A stretch of DNA of 64,000 nucleotides from assembly GCA_027459705.1 (NCBI GenBank), contig DAIDHM010000065.1, forward strand, positions 548-64,547, written 5' to 3'. Both the position numbers and the translations under genes were made by a program. A model generated the notes under the pieces. The model searched no databases. It was not told where the DNA came from and saw only the letters and a list, made by a program, of their open reading frames with translations. Source of the DNA: Ktedonobacteria bacterium. GTDB taxonomy: Bacteria > Chloroflexota > Ktedonobacteria > Ktedonobacterales > JACDGC01. Positions 1 through 11,030 of the stretch are shown here, piece after piece; the first letter of the stretch is position 1, and each line of letters starts with the position of its first letter.

Positions 1-61
1 ATGATATACTGGGATTAGGAACACGATCTGATGTTAAGAGACTTGTTGGAGGCACACGGAC

Positions 62-331
62 ATGGCGTTGGATGCTGAGACCAAGGCGGGAATTATGGCC
101 AAGGTCCAGACCCACGAGGGCGATACAGGGTCACCCGAAGTACAGGTGGCTATCCTCACACAACGAATTCGAGACTTGACTGAACACCTGCGCGAAAATC
201 GACACGACAATCATTCGCGCTATGGATTGCTCAAGATGGTCGGTCAGCGACGTCGGTTGCTGAGTTACTTGAATCGCAAAGATCCCGAGCGCTATCGAGC
301 ATTGATCGCGCAACTCGGTTTGCGGCACTGA
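62..331 (+). CDS. rpsO: 30S ribosomal protein S15
   Basis: 89-aa ORF that reads as full-length S15 ([40 protein letters not shown]). GGAGG-type RBS just upstream. Classic rpsO-pnp synteny. Confidence 0.97.
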   Translation: MALDAETKAGIMAKVQTHEGDTGSPEVQVAILTQRIRDLTEHLRENRHDNHSRYGLLKMVGQRRRLLSYLNRKDPERYRALIAQLGLRH

Positions 332-764
332 GGCGTTGCGAGCACATCGATTCCTCTCTGTCAGGGGATGGTCGTCAGCATCAGTGCGGAGTCTGTTGTT
401 GTTTTTCCGCAAGCCCTGCACGACTATACCCACAAACCCCAGTGGATACCTGGTATGTGGCAATCTGCCATGAGGAACTGAGAATCACATATGCAGTACC
501 CCGCGGTCGCCCAAGAGTGATGGCCCGCGGAGTGGCTGTGTCGCGGCACCGTTTCGCTGAGACGGTGGCAACCACAGGACGCGCCGGTAACTATACAAGA
601 CCGGCGCTTACATCATGCGCGTTGGATTTGTGAAGAACGTGTGTGATGGGCACATTGCGTAAACGAGCCTGAAATCGACAGCGACCTCACGGGTGCTGCT
701 GACTTTCCCCGAGCACTATCTGCGATCAACGACTGATCGCCGCAATGTAGGAAAAGAGGATATC

Positions 765-3275
765 GTGCCTGAAGGACGATCCATACATCGAGTAGAGAGC
801 ATGATCAGTGGCCGGGTGCTCAGCATGGAGACCGGTCGACTAGCCGAGCAAGCGAATGGCGCTGTGCTCGTGCGTTACGGCGAGACCACAATTCTGGCGA
901 CGGCGACGGGCAGCACGTCGCCGCGCGAGGGCATCGACTTTTTTCCATTGACCGTTGATGTCGAAGAGCGGATGTACGCAGTTGGCAAGATTCCGGGCGG
1001 CTTTATTAAACGCGAAGGGCGCCCGACGGAGCATTCGATCCTGGCTTCCCGGTTGACGGATCGCCCTATTCGTCCGCTCTTCCCCAAGGGCTATCGCAAC
1101 GACGTCCAGATCATTATTACGGTGCTCTCTGCCGACCAGGAAAATGATTTCGATGTCCTGGGCATTTCGGCAGCTTCAGCGGCCCTGAGTGTGTCGGACA
1201 TTCCGTTCGCTGGCCCGGTCGGCGCGGTCCGCGTTGGGTACATTGATGATAAGCTGGTCATCAACCCGACGGAAACGCAACTGGCCGAGAGCCGCCTGGA
1301 TCTCGTCATCGCTGGAACCAGCGATGCGATCATGATGGTTGAGGCTGGCGCGAAGGAGGTCCCTGAGGAAGTTATCCTCGCGGCACTCCAAGCAGGTCAT
1401 GAGGCGATTCAAGAGATCATTCGCCTGCAAGAGAAGCTGGCCCAGATGGTTGGCAAAGCCAAGGTTCCGTTTGTTCCGACCGAGAGCGACAAGACCCTCA
1501 GCGCGGAAGTAGCCGCTTTTGTACGCCCGCGTTTCGAGAAATCCGTCGTTCAGGCGAATAAGGCGAAACGCGAGGAAGCCCTCGATCAGATCCGCGCGGA
1601 TTTGGCCGAAATCCTCGGCGCGAAATACCCTGACCGACTCAAAGAGATTATGGGGCTGTACGACAAAGAGCTCAAAGGGTTCGTGCGCACTATGATCCTG
1701 GAGAAGGGTCTGCGACCCGATGGGCGCGCGTTGACGGAAGTTCGGCCCATCACGTGCGAGGTCGGCCTGCTGCCCCGCACGCATGGTTCAGGACTTTTCA
1801 CCCGTGGTCAAACCCAGGTGCTCTCGCTCACCACGCTTGGCTCACCAGGCGATGAGCAGATTCTCGACGGGCTGGGTCTGGACGAAAATAAGCGTTTCAT
1901 GCACCACTACAACTTCCCACCGTTCTCCGTGGGCGAGGCGCGACCCTCGCGCGGACCCGGACGGCGCGAGATTGGTCATGGCGCGCTAGCGGAACGGGCT
2001 ATCGCCGCGGTCATCCCTTCGCAGGAAGAGTTTCCATATACGATCCGGATCGTCTCTGAAGTGCTCTCCAGTAATGGTTCCACCTCGATGGGATCGGTCT
2101 GCGGCTCGACACTCTCGCTCATGGATGCTGGCGTCCCAATCCGCGCTCCAGTTTCGGGCGTGGCGATGGGCTTGATCACCGGCGATGGCCAGAATGCCGA
2201 TCGCTTCGCGATCCTCACCGACATCCAGGGGATGGAAGACGCACTGGGGGATATGGACTTCAAGGTCGCTGGGACGGCCGATGGCATCACGGCTCTGCAG
2301 ATGGACATCAAGGTCAAGGGGATCACTCCCGAGATTATGTCGCGCGCGCTCTCGCAGGCGCATGAGGCACGCATGTTCATTATGGAGAAGATGCTGGATA
2401 CGCTCCCGGAGCCACGTCTGGACCTCTCGCCCTATGCGCCGCGCATTCAGGCCATCAAGATTAACCCCGACAAGATCGGCGCGGTCATCGGGCCCGGCGG
2501 CAAGATGATCCGCAAAATTCAGGAAGAATCAGGCGCCAAGATTGATATCCAGGACGATGGCACCGTCAGTATCTCCGCTGTCAGTGGCGAAGGCATGCAA
2601 CGCGCGTTAGATGCCGTGCGAGCCTTGACCGAAGAGGTGGAGATTGGCAAGATCTACAACGGTATCGTCAAGCGTATTGTCGATTTCGGCGCCTTTGTGG
2701 AATTCTTACCCGGCAAAGAAGGGCTAGTCCGCACACCCCAACTGGCGGATTATCATGTCAATCGGCCAGAGGACGTGGTCTCTGTCGGCGATGAGATCAC
2801 CGTCATGGTGACCGAGGTCGATCCGCAAGGCCGCGTCAATCTCTCCCGTCGCGCGGCGCTGAGTGGGGAAATGCCCACCGCGCTGGAGATGGAAAATGAC
2901 CGCAACGTCGGTCGGCGCCCACCGCCAGGTGGTGGCAGCGGCGGCGGCGGTCGCGGCTTTGGTCCGCCTCGCGATGGCGGCGGTCGTGGTCCGGGTGGTC
3001 CGGGTGGTGGAGGCTTTGGTGGCGGTTCTCCACGGCCCAGTGGTGGTGGCGGTTTCAATGGTCCCCCACCGCGCCAGGGTGGCTATGGCAACTCTGGTGG
3101 CTCGGGCAGCACGGGTGGCGGCATGCGCGGCCCCAGCCAGGGCGGCGGGTTTGGCGGCGGTGGGCCGGCAGGCCCACGACGATCCCCGGGTCCGGGTGGT
3201 CCCGGCGGCCCGGGCGGCAATCGCGGCGGTAGCAATCGCGGCGGCTTTGGTCGTGGCGGCGGCGATCGCTGGTAG
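765..3275 (+). CDS. pnp: Polyribonucleotide nucleotidyltransferase (PNPase) with long Gly/Arg/Pro-rich C-terminal tail
   Basis: Two RNase PH-like halves are recognisable, plus a KH motif ([25 protein letters not shown]) and an S1 motif ([20 protein letters not shown]). The ORF opens at GTG 693. I prefer GTG 765, which has an AAGAGGA RBS 4-5 nt upstream, because [29 protein letters not shown] matches the conserved PNPase N-terminus. ATG 801 is the alternative. Confidence 0.95.
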   Translation: MPEGRSIHRVESMISGRVLSMETGRLAEQANGAVLVRYGETTILATATGSTSPREGIDFFPLTVDVEERMYAVGKIPGGFIKREGRPTEHSILASRLTDRPIRPLFPKGYRNDVQIIITVLSADQENDFDVLGISAASAALSVSDIPFAGPVGAVRVGYIDDKLVINPTETQLAESRLDLVIAGTSDAIMMVEAGAKEVPEEVILAALQAGHEAIQEIIRLQEKLAQMVGKAKVPFVPTESDKTLSAEVAAFVRPRFEKSVVQANKAKREEALDQIRADLAEILGAKYPDRLKEIMGLYDKELKGFVRTMILEKGLRPDGRALTEVRPITCEVGLLPRTHGSGLFTRGQTQVLSLTTLGSPGDEQILDGLGLDENKRFMHHYNFPPFSVGEARPSRGPGRREIGHGALAERAIAAVIPSQEEFPYTIRIVSEVLSSNGSTSMGSVCGSTLSLMDAGVPIRAPVSGVAMGLITGDGQNADRFAILTDIQGMEDALGDMDFKVAGTADGITALQMDIKVKGITPEIMSRALSQAHEARMFIMEKMLDTLPEPRLDLSPYAPRIQAIKINPDKIGAVIGPGGKMIRKIQEESGAKIDIQDDGTVSISAVSGEGMQRALDAVRALTEEVEIGKIYNGIVKRIVDFGAFVEFLPGKEGLVRTPQLADYHVNRPEDVVSVGDEITVMVTEVDPQGRVNLSRRAALSGEMPTALEMENDRNVGRRPPPGGGSGGGGRGFGPPRDGGGRGPGGPGGGGFGGGSPRPSGGGGFNGPPPRQGGYGNSGGSGSTGGGMRGPSQGGGFGGGGPAGPRRSPGPGGPGGPGGNRGGSNRGGFGRGGGDRW

Positions 3276-3295
3276 AGTTTAGCGCTTTCACGGAT

Positions 3296-3338
3296 GAGGA
3301 GCGAGGCAGCCATGTGGTACCTGGTTGCCTCGCTCCTC
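3296..3338 (+). terminator. Strong stem-loop 20 nt downstream of pnp stop
   Basis: Perfect 13-bp arms: GAGGAGCGAGGCA (3296-3308) and TGCCTCGCTCCTC (3326-3338). About 4 further pairs extend into the loop. There is no long U-tract after it (TATGCTATC). Confidence 0.6.
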
Positions 3339-3669
3339 TATGCTATCTCCTCCCATACGCTGTGGAAGGCGCGAGTGAGTCGAGCCTCCTCCAGCCGGAT
3401 TGTGATGAGGAAAAAAGCTATTTATAGCGCGGCATGTGATACAGTACTGAGAGGATACGACCAGCTGAATAGCCCAGCCAGCTTTTGACTGGCCGCTACG
3501 CATCCCTGAGCGGACAATCTTATGAGCGGATATATGGCACAACACATTCACTATGCCCGAGATATGTATAGGGCATAGTCCGCAAGGTTTTTACTCATGA
3601 GTACGTGATACTTGCCAGCGAGTCGTGTCTTCGCTACAATAGCTCCAACAAGCAGTGGGAGGGTTGACC

Positions 3670-5991
3670 ATGGCAGTGCTCGGCGGCTATCGCGCGGTAC
3701 TCCAATTGGCAAAAAATGCGGTTGACGCGCTCGCTCTTGGCCAACTCTATCAGTTCCTGCAATCCGCCGATGCTTCACTTGCTACGATAGATGATGCCGG
3801 TCGTCAGATTCGACTGCGATTTGCACGCCCTGCCCTCACCTTTCCGGAAGATGTCCCAGAGATGGTCCGCTTGGGGTTGGCCATCGAAGGCGGCGTGGAA
3901 TTACCAGATCACCGTATTCTCAGTGTGGATGCGTTTGTCACCGCCACAGCCACCCCCTATATCTCCAAGGAACTCCGTGTTGACGGAAACTCGCCGCCCA
4001 GTGAGGCCACAGCCAGTCTCCTACCAAACGATCCGGAAAGCTATTGCGCGGTGGTAGATTTCGCAAACCTGGACTTTGGGGATATTTTGATCCATTATGC
4101 GGGCCATCCCGTCGTTGATGGCGTGATCGACCATGTTGGCGAGACGGATCTGGCAGAGATACGCGTCAAGATTCAGCAGATGACCGCCGAAGCCATCGAC
4201 CATCTTCCCCGTTTGCCGCTTACGTACCGTTGGGGCTCGCCATCTTTGCGCCATGTTGATCTGCATGTGCGCCCTGAGGCTAAACGCGGCGGTGCGTTGA
4301 TGCTGGGATTAGAGCGACAGTTCCAGAGCGATGAAGCGAGTACGATCCCGGTGAGTGTCAGTTCGAGCCAAAATGCGGCAATCCTCTTGCACGGCGATGT
4401 CTTTCGCGCGATGCGGTCTTCGCTGCCACTCCCCACGTTGTCTCCCCTCACCCCTGATTGGCACATCACACGCGGAGAGATTCACCTCGATACGCGCAGT
4501 TTGCGATTTGACCTCACCGTCACTTCCACTCAAGCAGATTCGCCTGAAGACACGCCGTTGCCAGAGTACACGCTCCGGGTCAATGCGCGTCCCCTCATTC
4601 TGAGTGAGATATGGGATCTGTTGGTTGACGAAGTGGCATTCGTTGAAGAATTGTCAGATGACCATCCGCTGCGTTTGGTGCTGGATCTTCCGCGACAAGA
4701 TGAAACGCTGCGCTTAGAGTTAGCGGCGTGGGCGCAGGCGATCACCATGCGCGTAGTGACGACAGAGCTTGGCGCTGAACCCGATCATGGAGTTTGGTTC
4801 TGGCAACACCCGCTCCCAGAACAACGTCCCACGCCATTCATGCCCTCATTGGTCTATGTCGCGCGTGGCGCGCTGGTCGTCGCTGGCACCCTGCCCGTCG
4901 ATCTGATCGTGACCCATACGCCTGATGACGCGCCCACATTCCAGGTGCAGCTCAGTGAACCGCTCCGCGAAGAGGAAAATAAGATCATCGCGCAAGTGAC
5001 CGCCGGAGAATTTCAGCGGATGACCGCGCCTTATGATGTGCACTGGTCAAGCAGTCTGCATGATGTCGAACCACCAAGTGGTCGGGATGTCTCCGCGACC
5101 TTTTATCTCACGCAACCTCCTCTCGTTGAAGAGATCGCTGAGGAGGATGACGAACGTCCAGATGAGGATCAAACACCAAAGCGCACCAAGTCCCGACCAT
5201 TGCCGGCAGGGTATGTGATGGTCATCGCCCACGTCATCGATGGGTATGGGCGATCGACTCGCGCTGATCTGGAGATCGATCTTACTACGTTCCGAAATAT
5301 CAGCACGCTAGCAGCGGATATGGGATCTGACCGCCCTACGCGAGGCATCGCCCAGCGTACCACCCGCATCCTCAGTAGGCGTGGCCTGCGCTTCTTGTGG
5401 GGTGAAACTCGCCATCGGCTGGATGTCGCTCAGCGCGAACTGCGAGAGCAGCCGCCGATCTGGACGATGCTCACCTATGTGTTTATCCTTGTGGCGTTGA
5501 TAGCAACTCTGGCGACGGTACTGCTGGATGCTTCCCCCAAATCCATTGCGCGTGGAATGACGACCCCGCTACCAGCTACCCAAATTCCTGGCAACGTGAT
5601 TATTGTCGCAACGGATACCCCGCTACCAACGCCAATTCCGACGCTCGCGCCGACCAGCACCCCACTGCCCCCAACGCCCTATGGTCGATTTGCCATTACC
5701 CCAACCGTTCTGCTCATCGGCTGTGGTGATACCACCGCGCAACCACTCATCTTGAAAGTGACGAACTCGGGGAGTGCGATGCTGAATTGGCATACCCAGG
5801 CGATCGAGGTCGTGAATGGCGCTCCCTGGGCATCGATCTTTCCCAATGCTGGCCAAGTCGCGCCAGGAAAGACCGTGGCGGTCCAGGTGGTGCCGCAGAA
5901 TGGCTTCTGCCTGGGGCATCTGGCGAGATACTATCATATTCAGTTCATCGCGCCCAATGCTATTCCCATTACGGTTGCTTTTACGCCATAA
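3670..5991 (+). CDS. Hypothetical single-pass membrane protein (large N-terminal region, TM, Pro/Thr linker, small C-terminal beta-rich domain)
   Basis: Long ORF (GTG 3655). ATG 3670 is preferred because a GGGAGG RBS lies 7 nt upstream. One clear TM segment (IWTMLTYVFILVALIATLATVLL) is followed by TPLPATQIPG...PTPIPTLAPTSTPLPPTP. I recognised no family motif. Confidence 0.7.
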   Translation: MAVLGGYRAVLQLAKNAVDALALGQLYQFLQSADASLATIDDAGRQIRLRFARPALTFPEDVPEMVRLGLAIEGGVELPDHRILSVDAFVTATATPYISKELRVDGNSPPSEATASLLPNDPESYCAVVDFANLDFGDILIHYAGHPVVDGVIDHVGETDLAEIRVKIQQMTAEAIDHLPRLPLTYRWGSPSLRHVDLHVRPEAKRGGALMLGLERQFQSDEASTIPVSVSSSQNAAILLHGDVFRAMRSSLPLPTLSPLTPDWHITRGEIHLDTRSLRFDLTVTSTQADSPEDTPLPEYTLRVNARPLILSEIWDLLVDEVAFVEELSDDHPLRLVLDLPRQDETLRLELAAWAQAITMRVVTTELGAEPDHGVWFWQHPLPEQRPTPFMPSLVYVARGALVVAGTLPVDLIVTHTPDDAPTFQVQLSEPLREEENKIIAQVTAGEFQRMTAPYDVHWSSSLHDVEPPSGRDVSATFYLTQPPLVEEIAEEDDERPDEDQTPKRTKSRPLPAGYVMVIAHVIDGYGRSTRADLEIDLTTFRNISTLAADMGSDRPTRGIAQRTTRILSRRGLRFLWGETRHRLDVAQRELREQPPIWTMLTYVFILVALIATLATVLLDASPKSIARGMTTPLPATQIPGNVIIVATDTPLPTPIPTLAPTSTPLPPTPYGRFAITPTVLLIGCGDTTAQPLILKVTNSGSAMLNWHTQAIEVVNGAPWASIFPNAGQVAPGKTVAVQVVPQNGFCLGHLARYYHIQFIAPNAIPITVAFTP

Positions 5992-6010
5992 ATAGGACGC
6001 CATATGACAC

Positions 6011-6039
6011 CAGCCGGATCCGCACTGCGGATCCGGCTG
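6011..6039. terminator. Palindromic hairpin between convergent genes
   Basis: CAGCCGGATCCGCA-C-TGCGGATCCGGCTG: 14-nt perfect inverted arms, of which about 12 bp would pair after opening a loop. It lies between the 5991 stop (+) and the 6063 stop (-). Confidence 0.55.
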
Positions 6040-6062
6040 TGTCCATGGTCTTGGGTGAACCC

Positions 6063-7211
6063 CTAGGCAGGGAATTCGTCTGCGGCCTGCTTCAGGACAG
6101 ATTCTTGAGGGCCTGTCGTGCTGACCACCTCGCCGTGGGTGATCGCGGCCTGCCCTTTGATGAGCGCATCCACACGGTCCGAGAACCAGCACGCCGCGAA
6201 ATGCCCGTCTCCGGTCTTGTCTTCCAGCGGTGGTTCTTGCTCCGAACAGATTGATTGTGCGATCGGGCAGCGCGTATGGAAGCGGCAACCCGAGGGCGGA
6301 TTGATCGGACTGGGCACATCTCCTGTCAGGATGATGCGTTGCCGATGGACAGTGGGATCTGGGATCGGCGCCGCCGAAAGCAGTGAGGCCGAGTAGGGGT
6401 GGAGCGGCATATGATAGAGCACGTGCGATGGCGCGATCTCAACCAGCTTGCCCAGGTACATGACCCCCACCCGGTCGCTGATATATTCGACGACCGAGAG
6501 GTTATGGGCGATGAAGAGGTAGGTCAACCCAAACTCTTGCTGCAATTCTTTCAGCAGATTCAAGACCTGCGATTGAATCGAGACGTCCAACGCGCTGACC
6601 GGTTCATCGGCGACGACGAATTCTGGTTTCAGAGCCAGCGCGCGGGCGATGCCGATGCGCTGTCGCTGGCCACCGCTGAACTCATGCGGGTAGCGGCGGA
6701 CATATTCGGGGCGCAGGCCCACCTTCCGCAGGTAGTAGCGCGTGATCTCCTCGCGCTCTTTGCGATTGCGATATCCTTGCGCCAGCATGCCTTCCCCGAT
6801 GATATCGCCGATCGGCATGCGCGGATTGAGTGAGGAGTATGGGTCCTGGAAAATAATCTGCAACTTACTGCGCAGTAACTTCATCTCATGGGGAGACACC
6901 TTCGTGATGTCGCGACCATTATAGATAACCTCACCTGCGGTTGGTTCATGCAAACGCAAGATCGCGCGGCCAGCGGTCGATTTGCCGCAACCGCTCTCTC
7001 CCACCAGGCCAAAGGTCTCGCCGCGCTTAATCGTGAAGCTGATGCCATCGACGGCTTTGACGTCGGCCACTTTCACTTTGAATAAGCCGCCGGTGACGGG
7101 ATAATATTTTTTGAGATTGCGGACATCGAGCAACGCGTCAGAACTCGGCGGCTGACTCGCGACAGTCGCGGTGTTGTTTGCGGTCATATCGAGCGTCATG
7201 GTATAGGTCAC
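6063..7211 (-). CDS. Oligopeptide/dipeptide ABC transporter ATP-binding protein (OppF/DppF-type)
   Basis: Walker [10 protein letters not shown], signature [15 protein letters not shown], Walker B FVVADEP, and a C-terminal oligopeptide-type Cys-rich extension (GCRFHTRCP). Last gene of a 5-gene opp-like operon. Confidence 0.93.
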   Translation of the reverse strand: MTYTMTLDMTANNTATVASQPPSSDALLDVRNLKKYYPVTGGLFKVKVADVKAVDGISFTIKRGETFGLVGESGCGKSTAGRAILRLHEPTAGEVIYNGRDITKVSPHEMKLLRSKLQIIFQDPYSSLNPRMPIGDIIGEGMLAQGYRNRKEREEITRYYLRKVGLRPEYVRRYPHEFSGGQRQRIGIARALALKPEFVVADEPVSALDVSIQSQVLNLLKELQQEFGLTYLFIAHNLSVVEYISDRVGVMYLGKLVEIAPSHVLYHMPLHPYSASLLSAAPIPDPTVHRQRIILTGDVPSPINPPSGCRFHTRCPIAQSICSEQEPPLEDKTGDGHFAACWFSDRVDALIKGQAAITHGEVVSTTGPQESVLKQAADEFPA

Positions 7212-7227
7212 CTCCTCTGTCGATGTC

Positions 7228-8421
7228 TCAGCGGCCGTCTGCCGTTGGTGCCAGGTTCGTAGCTTCGGGAGTTACCGATGTGCGAGCTGCGGCTTCGCGT
7301 TGGGCATAATTTTCCGAGGCAGCATTCCAACTGAGCATGTTTTGCGGTTGATGGGGAATGCCTCCCTGGGATTGATAGAGCCAACAATGCGCGCTATGGC
7401 CAGGAGCGAGCTGTACCATTTTGGGCTCCTGTTTTCGGCAGATATCCATCACATATGGACAACGGGGGGCAAAAGTGCAGCCCTGGGGCAATTCCAGGGG
7501 GTTCGGCACCGTCCCACGGATGACGTTCAGCTTCTGCCCCTTGCTCGTTTCGCTCGGAATCGAGTTCAACAATCCCAGGGTGTACGGATGCTTCGGCTCT
7601 TTCAAGACTTGATAGACTGATCCGCGCTCCACAATCTGGCCTGTATACATGACGGCGACATCGTCGGCCATTTCGGCCACGACGCCGAGGTCATGCGTGA
7701 TCAACATGATCGAGGTGTTAAACTCACGCGTCAGGCCGCGCATCAAGTCCAGAATCTGCGCCTGAATGGTCACGTCCAGCGCGGTGGTCGGCTCATCGGC
7801 GATGAGCAGCGCGGGATCTGTCGCCAGTGCCATCGCGATCATCACGCGCTGTCGCATGCCACCGCTCAGGTTGTGTGGGTAATCCGTAAGACGGCGTTCG
7901 GCGCCGGGGATGCCGACGCGGCGCAACATCTCGATCGTGCGGTCGCGGGCGGCGCGGCCACGCAAGCCTTTATGCACTTTGAGGACTTCCGAGACCTGGT
8001 CACCGATAGTATAGACCGGATTGAGGGAGGTCATGGGTTCCTGGAAGATCATCGAGATTTTGTTGCCACGGATACGCCGCATCTCTTCTTCGCTGATATC
8101 CAGCAGATTCGTGCCCTGAAAATATATCTCGCCATCCTGGACGAAGCCATTCGAGCTGAGCAGTCGCATGCAGGTAAAAGCGGTCACGCTCTTGCCGCTA
8201 CCGCTTTCGCCGACGACGCCGAGGGTTTTGCCGGGTTTGATTGCCATGTTCACGCCATCAACGGCGCGCACAACGCCATCCATCGTTCGGAAGTAGGTTT
8301 TGAGATCGCGGACTTCGAGCAGCAGATCGGTCTGGGTGTTCGGGTTGGTGATCATACCGTCAGCGGGCCTCCCTTGTGAAAGTAGTGAGTCTCGGTCGCG
8401 CGCTGGTGGAAGCAGCGTCAA
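7228..8421 (-). CDS. Oligopeptide/dipeptide ABC transporter ATP-binding protein (OppD/DppD-type)
   Basis: Walker [10 protein letters not shown], signature [15 protein letters not shown], Walker [13 protein letters not shown], and C-terminal GCTFAPRCP. The ORF opens at TTG 8421. ATG 8355 ([18 protein letters not shown]) is an equally plausible start. Confidence 0.92.
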   Translation of the reverse strand: MTLLPPARDRDSLLSQGRPADGMITNPNTQTDLLLEVRDLKTYFRTMDGVVRAVDGVNMAIKPGKTLGVVGESGSGKSVTAFTCMRLLSSNGFVQDGEIYFQGTNLLDISEEEMRRIRGNKISMIFQEPMTSLNPVYTIGDQVSEVLKVHKGLRGRAARDRTIEMLRRVGIPGAERRLTDYPHNLSGGMRQRVMIAMALATDPALLIADEPTTALDVTIQAQILDLMRGLTREFNTSIMLITHDLGVVAEMADDVAVMYTGQIVERGSVYQVLKEPKHPYTLGLLNSIPSETSKGQKLNVIRGTVPNPLELPQGCTFAPRCPYVMDICRKQEPKMVQLAPGHSAHCWLYQSQGGIPHQPQNMLSWNAASENYAQREAAARTSVTPEATNLAPTADGR

Positions 8422-8453
8422 CTTACATCCACCAGCGAGTATCAGCGCGGGAT

Positions 8454-9440
8454 TTAAATACGGGTGCGTACATCCAGCGCATCGCGCAGGCCGTCACCAA
8501 TGAAATTGGCCGCCAGGACGGTGATGACGAGTAAGATGCCCGGGAAGAGCGGCCACCACCAATCGCCAATGATGATGTCACCTTGTGACTGCGCCAGGAT
8601 ATTGCCCCAGGTCGCGAATGAGGTCGGGTTACCCATTTGGAACTGGATGCCGACGCCCAGGAAGTCCAGTGTTGCTTCACCAACGATATAGCCGGCGACC
8701 GCCAGGGTGGCCGCGACGATTACGGGCGTGAGCGCATTGGGAAGGATATGGCGAAAGATAATGCGCCAGTCGTTGACGCCTGCCGCCTTGGCGGATTCCG
8801 TAAACTCCTGTTCGCGGAACGTCAGGTACGAAGCGCGCACCAGGCGAGCGATGCCCGTCCAACCCAGGAAACCGAAGATCGCGACGACCAGGATAGGATT
8901 ATTGTTGCCAGACGAATAGATCGCGGAGATCGCGATCAGCAACGGCAGGAATGGGATGGCCAGGAAGATGTCGGTGATACGCATGAGCAGCATATCGATC
9001 CAACCACCAAAATAGCCACTGACCGCGCCTAAGACGGTGCCGATGACCGAGGCCGTGAGGGCGCCCGCGAAGCCGATGAAGAGCGAGATGCGCGCGCCAT
9101 AGGCGATTTGCGACCAGACGCTCCCGTTCAATTCGCCGGTCGTGCCCATGATACGCCAGGGGAAATTATCGAACGTTGGTGGATTGCCCTGCGCGCCAAG
9201 CAAGGGGTGAATCGCATAAGGCGTCACTCCACCCGTCAGGAAAGGAGCAAAGATCGCCATCAAGATCAGCGCGATAATCACAAAAAAGCCCAGGAGCGCC
9301 AGGCGGTGAGCCCGGAAGCGCTTCCAATAGAGCTCAAGCTGTGAGAGCTGTCGTAGCGTCGACTCCTGCTCCTGATCCATGACGACGACTGGCACGAATC
9401 CGCCACTCTCGGGCATACCACTGAGATTTGAAGTTGCCAT
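8454..9440 (-). CDS. Peptide ABC transporter permease (OppC/DppC-type)
   Basis: Multi-TM BPD-transport protein with an EAA-like loop (FTESAKAAGVNDWRIIFRHILPN). Position in the opp operon supports the call. Confidence 0.92.
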   Translation of the reverse strand: MATSNLSGMPESGGFVPVVVMDQEQESTLRQLSQLELYWKRFRAHRLALLGFFVIIALILMAIFAPFLTGGVTPYAIHPLLGAQGNPPTFDNFPWRIMGTTGELNGSVWSQIAYGARISLFIGFAGALTASVIGTVLGAVSGYFGGWIDMLLMRITDIFLAIPFLPLLIAISAIYSSGNNNPILVVAIFGFLGWTGIARLVRASYLTFREQEFTESAKAAGVNDWRIIFRHILPNALTPVIVAATLAVAGYIVGEATLDFLGVGIQFQMGNPTSFATWGNILAQSQGDIIIGDWWWPLFPGILLVITVLAANFIGDGLRDALDVRTRI

Positions 9441-9525
9441 CGGGGATTATTCCTCCTCGCGAGATATCCGCAATGTGAACGGAGTACCTCGAAGTGCCGG
9501 TGTGAACGGCTATCAGCGGACCGGT

Positions 9526-10545
9526 TCAGCTGTAGCGGATACGCGGATCGACCAACGCGTAGGAGAGATCGGTCAGGATGTTAAAGACGAGTGTCAAACC
9601 ACCCAGCAAGACGACGAAGGCAATGATGACCGGGTAATCATACCCCACAGCCGCCTGGATGTAGAACTGCCCCATGCCCGGCCAGCTGAAGATCGACTCG
9701 GTAACCACCGCACCACCCAGCAAACCAGGCAGTGCCAGTCCGATATTCGTGACAATCGGCAGCAGAGCATTGCGGAGCGCGTGCTTCCAGGTAATCGCGC
9801 GCCTGGAGAGTCCTTTGGCGCGCGCGGTGCGTACATAGTCCTGGTCAAGCACTTCCAGCATGCTGGCGCGCATGAAGCGACTGTCGCCCGCAAAGCCGAC
9901 AAGACCCAGCACCAACACCGGCAATGCGAGATGGTCTGCCAGGTCAATGACCGCCGCGACCGTGTGCGCGTGGAAATACGTCCAATATTGCGGAGTGCCG
10001 AAGCCCGTCCCGATCCTCAGGGTATCGACCATACCACCAAAGGGGAACCACTGCAAGAAGACCCCGAAGATCACGATAGACATCAGCCCGAACCAGAAAG
10101 TGGGTAGCGCATAGAAGACATACGCTAACACAGTAAAGATCTGGTCAAAGAGCGATCCGCGTCTGAGCGCGGAGAAGACTCCTAAGGGGAGGCCGATCAA
10201 CTCCTGTAATATAAAAGCGAAGCCCATTAATAGCAGAGTTGGTAACAATCTTATGCGAATCGAATCACCCACACTCAGGTGGGTCAAGATCGAATTGCCC
10301 AGATCGCCGCGAGCCAGATTGCCCAGCCAGTAGAAATAGCGGACGGGCAAAGGCTTATCGAGCCCCAGACGGTGTTTAATAGCTTGGATCTGCTGTGGGG
10401 TGATCGATTTGCCCGACCCGCGACCCAGATACGCGGTCAGGGCGCCGCCATCGGGCGTCGTCGTGGCGATGCCCCAGGCCATGATCGTAATCCCGATGAA
10501 GACCGGAATCGCCAGCAAGAGGCGACGCAGCGTGTAGGTCAGCAT
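9526..10545 (-). CDS. Peptide ABC transporter permease (OppB/DppB-type)
   Basis: N-terminus MLTYTLRRLLLAIPVFIGITI is typical of OppB/DppB. EAA loop DYVRTARAKGLSRRAITWKHALRNAL. AAGGAG RBS upstream. Confidence 0.93.
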   Translation of the reverse strand: MLTYTLRRLLLAIPVFIGITIMAWGIATTTPDGGALTAYLGRGSGKSITPQQIQAIKHRLGLDKPLPVRYFYWLGNLARGDLGNSILTHLSVGDSIRIRLLPTLLLMGFAFILQELIGLPLGVFSALRRGSLFDQIFTVLAYVFYALPTFWFGLMSIVIFGVFLQWFPFGGMVDTLRIGTGFGTPQYWTYFHAHTVAAVIDLADHLALPVLVLGLVGFAGDSRFMRASMLEVLDQDYVRTARAKGLSRRAITWKHALRNALLPIVTNIGLALPGLLGGAVVTESIFSWPGMGQFYIQAAVGYDYPVIIAFVVLLGGLTLVFNILTDLSYALVDPRIRYS

Positions 10546-11030
10546 ATCTCCGTCTCCTTTGGTTGGTTCGCGGTGCCCTCAGTGTAACGGCATGATCAGC
10601 ACATGCGGGTGATGAAGAGAGGTGGACACGACCTCTCCGCGATATGCAGGTATGACACATACCACCGCCAAAATTGGACATATTTCCGGCGGTAACAGTG
10701 CAATGGATTTAATCGTATCGTAACACTTCCGGAACAGGCGCGTCAATCGCTCTGTAGGTCGCATGATGCAATCGGCTTGCCGGTTTGTGTATGGGCATGT
10801 GCTGTGAGGAGGTTCACGCCTCCAGGTCCATGCCCTTCGCAGGTGTTCTGAATTCCTTACCATTGGATCACGATCGGATCAGGCGTGCGCAGGGTGTCCG
10901 TATCGCCAGGTGGCGGTGTTCAGCCTCTTCATCGGTAACGTCACAGGTGTTTTGGCTGGCATGATCGTGTTGGCAAGCGAATCTCCGCTTGTGGCTGTTC
11001 ACAGCCGATGCGATCGGGCTATAGCACACG

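Noticed and set aside
693-764. Using the ORF-track start (GTG 693) for pnp.
   Set aside because: The first 24 residues ([24 protein letters not shown]) have no counterpart in PNPases. GTG 765 has an RBS and gives the conserved N-terminal strand. The start remains unverified.
2753-3313. Cluster of ORFs in several frames over the 3' end of pnp (2753-3058 -, 2863-3282 +, 3055-3291 -, 3083-3313 -).
   Set aside because: They are alternative readings of the GGN/CCN-rich low-complexity DNA that encodes the PNPase Gly/Arg/Pro tail. There is no independent start signal or motif.
3294-3488. 64-aa ORF just downstream of pnp.
   Set aside because: Its 5' end is formed by the terminator hairpin arms themselves. 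It has no RBS and a low-complexity, Ser/Ala-rich sequence.
7693-8379. Long antisense or alternate-frame ORFs opposite or inside clear genes. Examples: 7693-8379 +, 9379-10107 +, 12081-12779 +, 5623-6288 -, 38275-39045 -, 40209-40871 +, 47449-48267 +, 48221-49012 -, 49532-50329 -.
   Set aside because: Each lies entirely within a gene that has unambiguous family motifs on the other strand or frame. Their translations are Arg/Gly/Asp/His-rich with no motifs, the usual shadow-ORF artefact of high-GC DNA.
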